From contig OX442314.1 in NCBI GenBank assembly GCA_949358305.1, positions 124,001-188,000 on the forward strand: a DNA stretch of 64,000 bases, given 5' to 3'. Origin of the DNA: Strigamia acuminata. Lineage: Eukaryota. The position numbers were made by a program, and so were the translations under genes. The notes below the pieces were generated by a model. The model was not told where the DNA came from and did not search any database. It saw nothing but the letters and a program-made list of their open reading frames with translations. This document shows, one piece after another, positions 24,331-35,017 of this stretch; within the stretch, counting starts at the first letter, position 1, and every line of letters begins with the position of its first letter.

Positions 24331-25306
24331 TCAATCGCTACACGGCTGTTTATCATCCACAGGGGAACTTAGCCGAGACACTAAACCAAGCATTAAAAAA
24401 CTGCATTTTGGCTTATATTGAAGAGCATGTGCGCTGGGACGTTCACATTGGATATTTTGTGCTAGCAATCAACTCAGCCTATCAAGCTTCGCTTCAATAT
24501 TCTCCTTATCAAATGGTGACGGGACAAGAGGCGCGTTATCCAGGTGATTTCGATTCGGACACCGACGATGGACAACCACTGCCGCCGGCACGAGCGCGAG
24601 AGACGCATGAATTGATGAGAGAATTGCGAAATAATGCCACTGCAAATTTACAAAAAGCTCAAATTAGACATAAACGTTGGTTTGATCGAAAAAGAAGACC
24701 ACACGATTTCAAACCAGGCGATTTTGTGTCTGTTAAAAATCGACAATTGTCATCAGCGGACCGACAGTTTGCTGCAGGACTTCGACAGAGAACGGAAGGC
24801 GTTTACGTAATCCATAAATTAACTGGACCCAACACTGTCATTCTTATGGATAAAGATGGTCGTCGAATGCTGCCGTATAACGTCGTAGAATTGCGCCATT
24901 GGTTCAACGATGATGATGATCTAGACCAAACGGACGCAACAATGATCGAAAAACATGTTGCTGCGTTTACATCGGAAATTGAAACCATCATCGCCTCATT
25001 TTCGATAAAATAACTTAATTTCTTTTCATTTTATAATTTTATTTCTTTCTTTACTTTACCTAACCTTCTTTCTTTCTTGTGTTTATGGTTTTCCCTACTT
25101 TAAACCAAATATTTATGGAGGATAGACGCTGAAAATAGTAAGTAAAGATTAGTTTAGGAATTTGAAATTCATCAATTTAAAATGATGATACAAAAAATTT
25201 ACTGAGTCCAAACTCATGCTTCTTCGAAATGCGTGATCAAATCTCGTTCACGCGAGAGGTCCGTGTCATTTTTTATGACGAGGCAACCCCGTAGCGAGAC
25301 CGCGTG

Positions 25307-25526
25307 TATTAAAGACATGTGAGGGCACGACTTGGTCATTTCGAAATTAACTTGCGTCTAAATAGTCGCCTCTAAAACATTTAACAATCGCTAAATTTGA
25401 ATTAATATTGTTAAAAATTGTGCGTCTATCAACCGTAAGTACTTTTTATCTCACAACAATTCATTTTTAATTGAATATTTTCGTTAAAATAACTTTTTCT
25501 TTCTGGAAAATTTCCATTTCTTTTAG
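25307..25526 (+). promoter_or_regulatory. Putative internal promoter and 5'-UTR intron for the Gypsy accessory ORFs; also 57738-57957
   Basis: TATTAAAG at 25307; initiator TCATTT with its A at 25338 (+31); GTAAGT donor at 25435; pyrimidine tract ending TTTTAG at 25526, 22 nt before the ATG. Confidence 0.6.
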
Positions 25527-25548
25527 TTTCACTTTACTATAATTTATT

Positions 25549-26136
25549 ATGGCGTCCTACGATCCAAATGTGACAATTACGATTCCAAAACCAACGCAAA
25601 AAGGTTATCCAAAGTACCTTCCGATGCCACCAATTGAAGCTTCGGGCGAAGGACTAGTACCGCGTTTTCATCCGGACCACCCGAACGACCAAAGCTTCCC
25701 TAATTATGAACTGTGTCCAGTTTGTAGCGGGACAGGATCTGAAATTTATCAACTGCGGGCGCCACGTGAATGCCGAGCGTGTCGGGGCGGCGGTGATTTG
25801 CGCCGTTGCAAGTTTCGGAAATGGATGCGCCTTATGTTCGCGTATGTGCTTGGATATGAATCGATAGACAAAACATCGTTATCTGGAGTAGATTTTCCAC
25901 CGCCAAGGATTCCATTCGGCAGTGCAAACGCCATCACTCGTTTTCGACATGCGCACGCCTCATATTTGGCGCGCATAAAGCAATTAGCAAGAGAAAAGGG
26001 AATCCGGCCTTTGATTTGGGAATATCCTGAAGGAGCCTACATAATTGCCGGCGAGCAACCTGCCGAACTTCCGGATCAGTTTGTGACGCCTGAAGGAAAG
26101 ACCTACAATGTGGAATCGGGCCTGGAACTATGTTAA
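25549..26136 (+). CDS. Gypsy accessory ORF3, 195 aa, DnaJ-type CxxCxGxG zinc-finger protein
   Basis: CPVCSGTG-x11-CRACRGGG; ATG start; lies between pol and the 3' LTR. Confidence 0.75.
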   Translation: MASYDPNVTITIPKPTQKGYPKYLPMPPIEASGEGLVPRFHPDHPNDQSFPNYELCPVCSGTGSEIYQLRAPRECRACRGGGDLRRCKFRKWMRLMFAYVLGYESIDKTSLSGVDFPPPRIPFGSANAITRFRHAHASYLARIKQLAREKGIRPLIWEYPEGAYIIAGEQPAELPDQFVTPEGKTYNVESGLELC

Positions 26137-26187
26137 CGGCGCCTAATGTAAAGAGCATATTCGGAGCCGGAAAGAGTTGCGGCGAAC

Positions 26188-28416
26188 TTGCCATTTCAAC
26201 ATTCAAATTTACGTCCACGACACACGTACGAGGAGCGTAGTACGCATCGATTGAAGGAATACACGCAAAGGGTAACAAAGAAAATTGGAGCGGAGGCAAA
26301 CCGAGACGCTCACTTCGTGACAGGACGATCTGGACAAGCTTTGGACATTTCTTCGGTCATCATCGAGGAAAACGGAGCGGTTGGAGGAGCGCCTATCGCC
26401 TTACCTGTCGTCGAATCGACTAAAGAACTTTCGTTAAACGATCAAGTGGCTAAAAAGGTAGTAAAAAATGAAGAAAACAGAAGAGAGAGAGAGAAAACTG
26501 GTAATGTCAACACGATGTCGACCCCGATCATCAAAACGGAATCGAGTGTGACGGCGGCGGAGGCGAAGCTGATCAGCGTTTCGACAGTGACCACTTCAAG
26601 CGCTGCTGCGCCGATTGTCATTCCTTATTTCTATGTCGTCAAAGACAAATCATCTTCGATTGAGACGTCCGAATCGAGCCAAGCTGCCCGATCTTTCGAT
26701 GCCACCACTGTGACTCAATCGAATACGACGCCAAAGATGATGACTTCAGTCGTTGCGACATCGGTGCCGATTACATATTCTGGAATTATGACCTCAAACA
26801 CAAAAATGGACACTATCACAGATTTTAACACAAAATTAATCAAAGTTGATTTTTCCCCACAGGTTGACCGAGATATTAAGGCGCTATTAAACTTCACACC
26901 GTCTTCATCCATCGCGAATATTGCTGCCGAGATTGCGAGAGATGCGGGAGAATGCGCAAAAATCCACGACATCAAGAAATTGGAGAGCAAGAGTTCAAAT
27001 CCAATTGCTAAGGCCATTTCAGCGGTCTCGAGCGGATCGACGTCGTCGGAAGGATGCACATCTCTAAAGCCACGTTATCTCCAGGGATTCGACCGAAATG
27101 GATGTACGATGCGCCCGGACCGTATTTTCACCCAAATGTCTGAAATATTCCGGCGCCACGAGCTTGAGATTCTGTACCCCATGGAGAACAGGGGCCAAGG
27201 ACGAATCAACCTGAGATCTGAGGGATGGAATGAACTTTTCAGGATGTCGATTAACCTGGATTTCAACGTTAGCGCCTCGGATTTCAAAACGGTCGTCGGA
27301 ACGATTTTCGGACGCCTCGAAGACATTGCGAAGGAAATTGAAGCGAAAATGACCAAAGACTGTACCGGAGACGAACACTCGGTGCAGCACCTCATTGTGC
27401 ACGCTGTGCACTTTAATTTAAAAGAAATCATCACCCAAATGCATCAGAGTCGTCGTGACGCCGTCAAACGATTTCGTGAGGCCGACGCGCTCAGGGAGGC
27501 CCAGCGACTGGAGGACGAGAAAAATGCGCCCACTAAGCCACCACTGGACCCAGAATTGATCATGACGGAGGATGAAATTAAGAACTTTTCAGAGAAGATT
27601 CTCATCGAGTTGGCGCCTGAAAAATTGGTGCAACAGTTTGAGGACGCAATCGCCGAAAATCCGAGATTGACAGATCCCCGAACCAGATATTCATTCCGAT
27701 ACGACCCCGTAGTCGTGGCGGACACAGGAAAACTCGCCTCGGAGTTGTCATCGGATATGGGTTCTTCGATGTCGGATGTCGAGTCGCTTCGCGAATCAAC
27801 GGGTGACGAGGAAAACCACAAGGCATTTCTGGCGGCGCGGGAACATAATAAGATTGAAGTAATTCAGGCCGACGAACCTTTCAGACTTCCAGGAATTGGA
27901 CGGGGCGGTGCAAAGGCTGGACGACGATCGCCATTGATGTCAAAGATGCCCAAGATGATTTTAACACCACCAAAGGAAAACGACGACGATCCAGGCGAGG
28001 TTGTTACGCGTGAGAGTCTGCTTGAACCACCGCAGCCCAAAGAGAAGCGTCTCGTAGAGCCAACTTGCGCTTTGGCAATCATGGAGGAGATTATTCCGAT
28101 TGATGATATTTTCTATTCGCTTCTGTGGGAACCAACTATCGAATTGGTCGTCGACTGGAAAATTTTATCGCGCCTGTTCGAAACGATCATCTTCTCGGAC
28201 CTTCATCTTGACCACACCAAGGGAGAAAAGGTGTTGGCCGACCTTAAACAACACTATATTAAACATTTCCTGTATCGAGTAAACAAGATTGCCCGGAAGT
28301 GCTACGCGACTTCAAAACAACAAGTAAGAGTGATTCTTGTGAAAACGGCGCTTGGACTGGTTTATTGTGCGATAGACGGTTCTGGCCCATCTGCATTTTT
28401 GAATCACAGCGTTTAA
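26188..28416 (+). CDS. Gypsy accessory ORF4, up to 742 aa (first ATG at 26515), unknown function, not env-like
   Basis: 2.2-kb open frame; Ser/Thr-rich N-terminal part, charged middle; no signal peptide or convincing transmembrane anchor seen. Confidence 0.75.
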   Translation: MPFQHSNLRPRHTYEERSTHRLKEYTQRVTKKIGAEANRDAHFVTGRSGQALDISSVIIEENGAVGGAPIALPVVESTKELSLNDQVAKKVVKNEENRREREKTGNVNTMSTPIIKTESSVTAAEAKLISVSTVTTSSAAAPIVIPYFYVVKDKSSSIETSESSQAARSFDATTVTQSNTTPKMMTSVVATSVPITYSGIMTSNTKMDTITDFNTKLIKVDFSPQVDRDIKALLNFTPSSSIANIAAEIARDAGECAKIHDIKKLESKSSNPIAKAISAVSSGSTSSEGCTSLKPRYLQGFDRNGCTMRPDRIFTQMSEIFRRHELEILYPMENRGQGRINLRSEGWNELFRMSINLDFNVSASDFKTVVGTIFGRLEDIAKEIEAKMTKDCTGDEHSVQHLIVHAVHFNLKEIITQMHQSRRDAVKRFREADALREAQRLEDEKNAPTKPPLDPELIMTEDEIKNFSEKILIELAPEKLVQQFEDAIAENPRLTDPRTRYSFRYDPVVVADTGKLASELSSDMGSSMSDVESLRESTGDEENHKAFLAAREHNKIEVIQADEPFRLPGIGRGGAKAGRRSPLMSKMPKMILTPPKENDDDPGEVVTRESLLEPPQPKEKRLVEPTCALAIMEEIIPIDDIFYSLLWEPTIELVVDWKILSRLFETIIFSDLHLDHTKGEKVLADLKQHYIKHFLYRVNKIARKCYATSKQQVRVILVKTALGLVYCAIDGSGPSAFLNHSV

Positions 28417-29228
28417 AAAATTGACTTTGGAACCTACAAGTGACTTTGCGCCTCCTAAAAACCCATATACGAACTGTTGTGTATGTGGACTTTATTTTTG
28501 TGATAATTGTGATACAAACAATGAGTGTTATAATTGTTAAAAGTGTGATTGTTATGCGCCTTGAAGAAGATTTTCCGTTAAGTTCCGTGAAAACCCAAAC
28601 GCCTACGAAAGAAGATAATATTCGTTTGCGAACTTTTTATTTTGATATTTATATTTTACTAATCATTTTGCTAATCATTTTTATTAACCATTTGTAATCA
28701 TTGAAATTTTATTATCTTTATATTATGATAATTGACGCTAAATCAGCGCCTAATCAATATTTTCATTTACTAATAATTTACATTTTTATAGAAATTTTGC
28801 CACTAATAAGCATTGTTAATTAATGATAAATTATTTAATCTTCTAGTCATAAAAAAAAAACAAAAAATATTATTGTTAATTCCAAGTGTTATCAAATAAT
28901 TTAACAAATTTTATTATTTTATATAGAATTTAGTCGTAATTAGCGCCTAAATGTCTATTAATTCTATTGATTTTTAATCAAACGATTTTTTACAATATTC
29001 CTCTCCTAAACCCATTTGTTTGTGTTTGTTTGTTCTTGTCTGTAATTGCGCCAAGTTGTGCGCCTGTTGCGTCTGTCCAAATAAAACCCTACCTTTGTTA
29101 TATGTTCATAAGTGAGATTGATATTGTTGATTCATTATTTTTATTTATCTTTATGTTCAAATTTTTACCAATTATGTTGTTAACTCCATTTAGATGTTGA
29201 TTATATAAAAACCATATAATAAACATCT

Positions 29229-29241
29229 AGGTGGGGGGGAA
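29229..29241 (+). other. Polypurine tract of element A; also 61660-61672
   Basis: AGGTGGGGGGGAA directly before the LTR TG. Confidence 0.85.
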
Positions 29242-30282
29242 TGTCACGGTCCTGACTTGAGCAGTAGTAATTTTCAAAATTTTAAGCGCATTTTGCGCCC
29301 CTCCTTTAAATTTTTCCCAATTTTATTGAGAAATTGTTCTAGTTTCTTTAAATTATTTTATTTTCCCCAAATCTAAATTTATTATTTTATTTTATATTAT
29401 TTTCCTTATTTTTGACATTTATCTTTAATCTGGCCTGGTTTTAATCACCCCATCCAGACAATTCATGAGAATTCTGCAATAAGTTGATATAATCGCGCTC
29501 TAAATTTGCATATTTCACCCCTGATCGCCTGTTTTCTGCTCGGTCCCCATTGGGAATTGACTTGGCCTTTGACATGTGATCAGAGGTGACTTGTTCTGTC
29601 AAGACACTTTGAACAGAGAGAATAATTTTCGCCTTCGACTAGTCAACATCTCCTGTCTTAACTAGGAAGATTTCCAAGTGCGATTTATGTTGCGTCTCAA
29701 CGCATACGGTCATTATGCAGCCCGAATTCTCATGGTTGGCTATCTAACCACTACATTTATTATTTGCCCATTATTTGCGTACAAATTACTGGAAAAACGG
29801 CGTATTCGACGGTCTTAATTCGTCAATACATTTTATGCCACGACTGTGACTTCCTCCTCAGCCTAGACATTTTGAACTCATACTCGTCTCAATTGCGTAT
29901 TCATTTCATTATCGACGGTTCGGCGACGTTGTCTGCGGTTTGGTACCTGTTTGCGCGTTCACCCAACGTTTGCGCGTGTTCAGGAGAAGAAACATACTCT
30001 TCGTAAGTACGCCTAGCATGTGACGACATTTTCCCTAGTGAAGAGCGATATTTTGGTCTTAATTCGAAATATCAACGTTCGCCATTTTGTACGGCGCCCG
30101 AATTGAATCCTGCACCCATATAAAACAGATTTCACGAATAGACGCTGTCTTAACCTAGCTACCACCTCCGGCAAAGTTTTAAGAGTTGCAGCGCCTGCGA
30201 ACCTAAATTTTCTGGTTATCACAATCCCTGGAAATTCTTAAATTTCCGAAACCATTGTTAAAAAGTCGACTACGACGTGACA
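29242..30282 (+). repeat. Element A LTR (1041 bp) shared by units 1 and 2
   Basis: TGTCACG...CGTGACA; PPT on its left and PBS on its right; repeat of 61673-62713. Confidence 0.96.
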
Positions 30283-30286
30283 ATCT

Positions 30287-30306
30287 TGGCGAGCTAGACA
30301 GGATTC
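30287..30306 (+). other. Primer binding site of element A, tRNA-Arg-like
   Basis: TGGCGAGCTAGACAGGATTC resembles the complement of the tRNA-Arg(ACG) 3' end (TGGCGAGCCAGCCAGGAGTC) with 3 mismatches. Confidence 0.7.
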
Positions 30307-30432
30307 AACTCGAAACGTGTTCTAAGAGAACACAAACCACCATTTTCTTCAGTGAAGACTGCGCAAGTATAGGTCGTTATATTTATTTAATTAATTACTT
30401 ATTTTTGCCGGCACACATATTATTATTTCAAC

Positions 30433-32349
30433 ATGGCTTCACGCGACGCTTTGTCAGAGTCCAGTGTTTCGGACGTAGAAGCCGAAATAGCGCATACTAC
30501 GCCACTTCCAGACTCACCTATCCATGAGTCAGACCACCAGCAAGATCTACTAGTACAACCAATTTCTACTGACGTACCATTTTCCAATCCTTGGAGGACA
30601 TACGCCCAAATGGAAGCGGATCAACTCCAACATGAACGGGAAGCGGCTGCGGCACGGGATCAATGGGAGGAAAATAGACGCCATTTGCAGGAATCACTCA
30701 TGGAAAGAAGACGAGTTGTGGACGGAATGCGAGCGGTTCGAGAAGAAATTCAACGAGGACCGCCGCCTACTTATCAACCTGAATTTATGCAACCGGAACC
30801 ACAACAACATCGAAGGAATCCACCTGCATTGACGATGGAAGCATTGATGCGAGTATTACGAGAGGATAGAAGGGAGTTACAACACGAACTTCGCCAGGAG
30901 TTGCTCGAGTCGATGAGGCAAATTAGGCGCGAGCTGAACGACAGAGTGGAGGAATTTATCCATTCGCACAACGAGCGAACTCAGCCTGAACCACCAGCAC
31001 CTGAAGCAGGTTCGGGGGCCACACGTCGTGGTCGAGAGGACGCTCGGGGAGCCGACTTTTTATTTGGAGATACTGGACGTGCGTCAGGACCACGACGCAC
31101 TGGCTCTTATTCTCCGAGACGACGCCAACAACATTCACAACAGGGAGACACAACTTTCAATGTTCCACGGGACCCACCAACGAATCCTGATCCGGATTCC
31201 GCTCAAAGAGGTGACCAAGGCATACCACTCAGCGCCTCAAGACAGCAGCCTCACACGAGATCTCAACTCTCGTTGGAGTCGGAAGATCAGCGTCAAGCCG
31301 CTCAGGTTGGAAGGTATAAACTTAAAGTTGAAAAAATTCCATACTTTGACCCGGATGAAGCTACTTTCGACACAGTGGACTTGTTCCTGGGTAAGCTATA
31401 TGCGCACATGTTTACCATGGGAGCACCGGAAGGAATATATTTGAAAGTATACGTGGTTCTCGCGCTTCGAAATAGAGCGCAGCGTTGGTGGATGGCTCTG
31501 ACTCCAAAACCAAACAATTGGGAGGACTTTGAATTAGTTTTCAGGCAGGTATTTTCCATTAATTCAGCTTTAGCTAATGTTAAGTTGTCTCAGCGCAAAC
31601 AAAAGCCAGGGGAATCAACTATGTCGTTCCTCAGCGAGATGATTCATTATTTAAACATTGCTGGATACAAGGATAAGGGCTTGCAGTGGGAACGAGTTCA
31701 GGGCATGATGCAAACTCAGGTCGTACAATTAATGCGCTCTTGGTGCATCAGGACAATCGACGACGCAGTCAAAATGGGCAACGACGTCGATAATCGCCTT
31801 CAGTTGGATTCGTTGCGGACTTTTGAGTACAAACAGTGCGGAGTTTCGGACCAAGAGATGCCTTTACCCGCAGGAGTGGGTCCTGCCACACGTACCAAAA
31901 CGAAGGAGGAGAAGTTAAATCAACAATCTACTTCGTCCAGGTCTGGTCGTTTTTTACGATTCAACAAAGTATTTACAGCATTGCTCGAGGACATGTCGAC
32001 TTGTGCGCTTGATCCGGAAGATCCCAACAGCGAGAAAACAAATAAAGACCCGCCAAAAGAGTCTGCATCAGCGGCAGCACAAAAGTCTGATGTCCACGTC
32101 ATGAATGCGACTACCACGCCAACACCTAGAACGGATACACAGCACACATGTCCCAAGGACGTTGTCATTTTTCCAGCCGCTAAAGAAGCGCCTTCAGAGC
32201 CAAAGCTCCCGAAGAATGCTATGTGGAGAAAAACCCCAACGGATAAATGGTTCATGTCTGACAGGCAATCATGGAGGCCTGTGTGCCCCGTTTGCGGCAA
32301 GGAATGGATTCGTCAGTCGGGAAACGCAAGCGGCCTGCTCAAAGCATGA
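30433..32349 (+). CDS. gag: Gypsy Gag, 638 aa
   Basis: Follows the PBS; coiled-coil N-terminus; retrotransposon gag core LRNRAQRWW...WEDFELVFRQVF...RKQKPGES; overlaps pol. Confidence 0.9.
   Translation: MASRDALSESSVSDVEAEIAHTTPLPDSPIHESDHQQDLLVQPISTDVPFSNPWRTYAQMEADQLQHEREAAAARDQWEENRRHLQESLMERRRVVDGMRAVREEIQRGPPPTYQPEFMQPEPQQHRRNPPALTMEALMRVLREDRRELQHELRQELLESMRQIRRELNDRVEEFIHSHNERTQPEPPAPEAGSGATRRGREDARGADFLFGDTGRASGPRRTGSYSPRRRQQHSQQGDTTFNVPRDPPTNPDPDSAQRGDQGIPLSASRQQPHTRSQLSLESEDQRQAAQVGRYKLKVEKIPYFDPDEATFDTVDLFLGKLYAHMFTMGAPEGIYLKVYVVLALRNRAQRWWMALTPKPNNWEDFELVFRQVFSINSALANVKLSQRKQKPGESTMSFLSEMIHYLNIAGYKDKGLQWERVQGMMQTQVVQLMRSWCIRTIDDAVKMGNDVDNRLQLDSLRTFEYKQCGVSDQEMPLPAGVGPATRTKTKEEKLNQQSTSSRSGRFLRFNKVFTALLEDMSTCALDPEDPNSEKTNKDPPKESASAAAQKSDVHVMNATTTPTPRTDTQHTCPKDVVIFPAAKEAPSEPKLPKNAMWRKTPTDKWFMSDRQSWRPVCPVCGKEWIRQSGNASGLLKA
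32319..32325 (+). other. -1 ribosomal frameshift slippery site G GGA AAC (also 5065-5071 and 46688-46694)
   Basis: XXXYYYZ heptamer in gag phase (TCG GGA AAC) inside the gag/pol overlap; pol is in the -1 frame. Confidence 0.85.
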
Positions 32350-34400
32350 GTCCAGAGAGTGGGTCGGATACAAACATCAAGGACTCTACTGAAAAGAAGA
32401 CTGAAGAATCACCAGACATCGATGGAAGTACAAAACCGTCTACTCCGACATCAGAGGCGCCATCTGCTGTTCGAGAAGACAACAACAAATCATTAAACCC
32501 GTCTACTGACATTAAATTAAATACACCAATCAAATCAGATTCAAGTAAATCAAAATCAAAAATACCCGGTGTCGTAACACCACAACCAACAAAATCAGCG
32601 CAACTTTCGTCTGTGAAAGCCAAGGAAACCCCCAAACAATCAACTTCGTTGACAACGCAGAGTGAGACGTTGCAAACAAACTTCGTTCTTTTGTCGCCTG
32701 AGGAATTGCAAAAATCCGACGAGCCAATAATCGAAATTACGAAGATTGACCGCTTCAACAGAGAAGCACCATACATCAAGATAACATGGGCCAACGTGAG
32801 TTTTGTCGCACTTTTGGATTCAGGCGCTCAGACATGTGTAATGTCGGAGTCGTTATTTAACAAACTTAAAGCCAATATGGGTTTGGAATTGCTCGAACTT
32901 CACGAAACAGTGCGTACAGCGGCCGATGACAAAATTCCAGTTAAGGGATCTGTTAAACTGTCGGTGCGCGCACCTTTGGCCATCATTTCTTTCATTTGCT
33001 TAATTATACCCAAAACATCAGAGGACCTTCTGCTGGGAAGAGATTTCTGCAGAGCGGTTGGTCTGTGCGCAGACTTTGAATTGTGCCAGTGGTATTTGAA
33101 GGGATCACCGGAGCGAAGACAATTCATGACTTTAGAACAAGCTAATAAGTCGGAATCTGTTCTTTTGTTCCCCATCAAGAAGCCCGATGATACAAAGGAC
33201 AGCATTAAGGATGTACCCAAGGTAGAAATTAATAACATTAATTGTATTCTTCTAGAACATCGACCTTTGTCACAAGAGATTTTCGAATATCCAAATGACG
33301 ATGCTCAGCACCAAATCAAGAGGATTCGGAATCGTACACGAGATCAATGGTCATTGATATGGTCACCAAAGAGGAAGGATTCCATTAAAAAATCAAGAAA
33401 ATTCAATTCATCATTGTTTTCAACGCTTAGCCAACGCAGACGTGCAAGACGACAGCGAAGACGCCTTTATGAATTGTCACCAACAATAAAACAACTTAAC
33501 ACGCAGGGAAGACAGCTTTTGCGTCGTGTAGATGAAAATGCGCTCATGGCCAGAGTACACGATCATCCGACGATTTCGGAGCCACCTCTGGATGTTAATG
33601 TACTACAATATCAACCAAGCAGTGATCCAACACAACTGGACTGGATTTACGACCAGCTGTGGTCATCATTGACGGTACCCCAAATTCGTTTATTGATTCA
33701 GACTCTTCGACCAATTTCGAAAGTGTTTCGCGAAGAGGTTGGATTATGTAACAACACTCAGTTTGAAGTAAATTTAAAACCGGACTTTAGACCAATTCAT
33801 GTGCCTGTAAGACCCGTTAACCCAGCAAAAAAGATGGTAATTGACGCTTATTTGGATCAAAAACTAAAACAAGGCATTATTCGTCGATCAAAAAGTGATT
33901 GTGCGGTGGCGCCTGTTGTTGTTCCAAAAAAGACTGGAGACTGGCGTACAGCCATGGATTTTAGACCAATGAATGCTCAAACTTTACCAGATGTCTACCC
34001 ATTACCCGACATCGATAATATATTTTCTTATTTAGGAGGATCAAATTGGTTTTCGATCATAGATGGACGAGAAGCCTTCCACCAGATTGGAGTGCGTCCG
34101 GGTGACGAGAGATTTCTCGCATTTATCACGCACAGAGGACTTTTCGAGTATGTGAGAATGCCGTTTGGACCCATTAATGGCCCAGCAACTCTACAGAGAG
34201 CCATGAACAAGACTTTGTCGAAATATCTTTACAAATTTGTGTTCGTTTATCTCGATGACGTCATAATTTTCAGCAAGACTTTCGAGGAGCATGTACAACA
34301 TCTTAAAATTATTCTTCAAGCCTTGGATGAAGCGGGATTCACGATGAACGCCAACAAGACGGAATTATGTCGAACATCGCTCGAGGTTTTAGGACACATT

Positions 34401-35017
34401 AGGTGCGTTCAATTCCAAATGGTTTTCCCCGTTTTCGTCGTTTTCCTCGTTTTTGCTGTTTTCCAACACGGGATGTAGACGCATTTGACGTCACATTTCG
34501 AAAATCGGTTTTTTCGAAAACCGATTTCCTGAAAACTAGAAATTCGTGGTTTTCGTGGTTTTTCAAATCGTTTTCCCCCGGGCCGCCATTTTGTAATCGA
34601 ATAGATCGGCGGTGGAAGCACACACAAAAATGTAGGTTTAATGTTTTAATATTGCAAATTCAATTTGTATAATTATTAGGCCTTTAAGAACGATCGAATG
34701 CGCCCAAATTTCGGGTGCATGTGCGCGATCAAATGCGGCCAATTTTCGGGCGCATTTGCGCGATCGAATGCGGCCAATTTTAGGCTAATTTCCCGCTCCC
34801 AAATGAATAACAATAATACTATCAATTTAAACAAACTTACATTACTATTAAATTAAATATATTTAAATACATTTACAGACTGAGCATGCTCCGTGGCTGT
34901 TGAAAGCTGTTGACAGCTGTTGGTAATAATGCTGCTCAATGTTGAAAACCGTTTTCATCGTTTTCGGAAAACGACGAAAAACGGTTTTTGAAAGCCATTT
35001 TAGAATTGAATGCACCT
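34401..35017. mobile_element. 617-bp MITE in RT, copy 3
   Basis: Same TIRs, TSD and site as the other copies. Confidence 0.9.

Larger units (their letters stand above)
5065..25013 (+). pseudogene. pol: Gypsy pol copy 2, complete but in four pieces (5065-7146, 7764-9658, 15023-15142, 24335-25013)
   Basis: Removing the MITE, hAT and element B (one TSD copy each) gives a continuous frame with integrase D (IDYYG), D (SDNAPAF), E (NLAETLN) and a GPY/F-like EGVYVI; stop at 25013. Confidence 0.92.
1..30282 (+). mobile_element. Ty3/Gypsy LTR retrotransposon A, tandem unit 1 (5' part outside the window), with nested insertions
   Basis: PR-RT-RH-IN domain order; PPT at 29229-29241 followed by LTR TGTCACG...CGTGACA; collinear with unit 2. 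Confidence 0.95.

Noticed and set aside
24216..25013. 265-aa ORF, and the 310-aa ORF at 45541-46473
   Set aside because: Chance fusions of element B LTR ends with interrupted integrase fragments.
26188..28416. ORF4 as an env gene
   Set aside because: No signal peptide, no furin site followed by a fusion peptide, and no clear transmembrane anchor.
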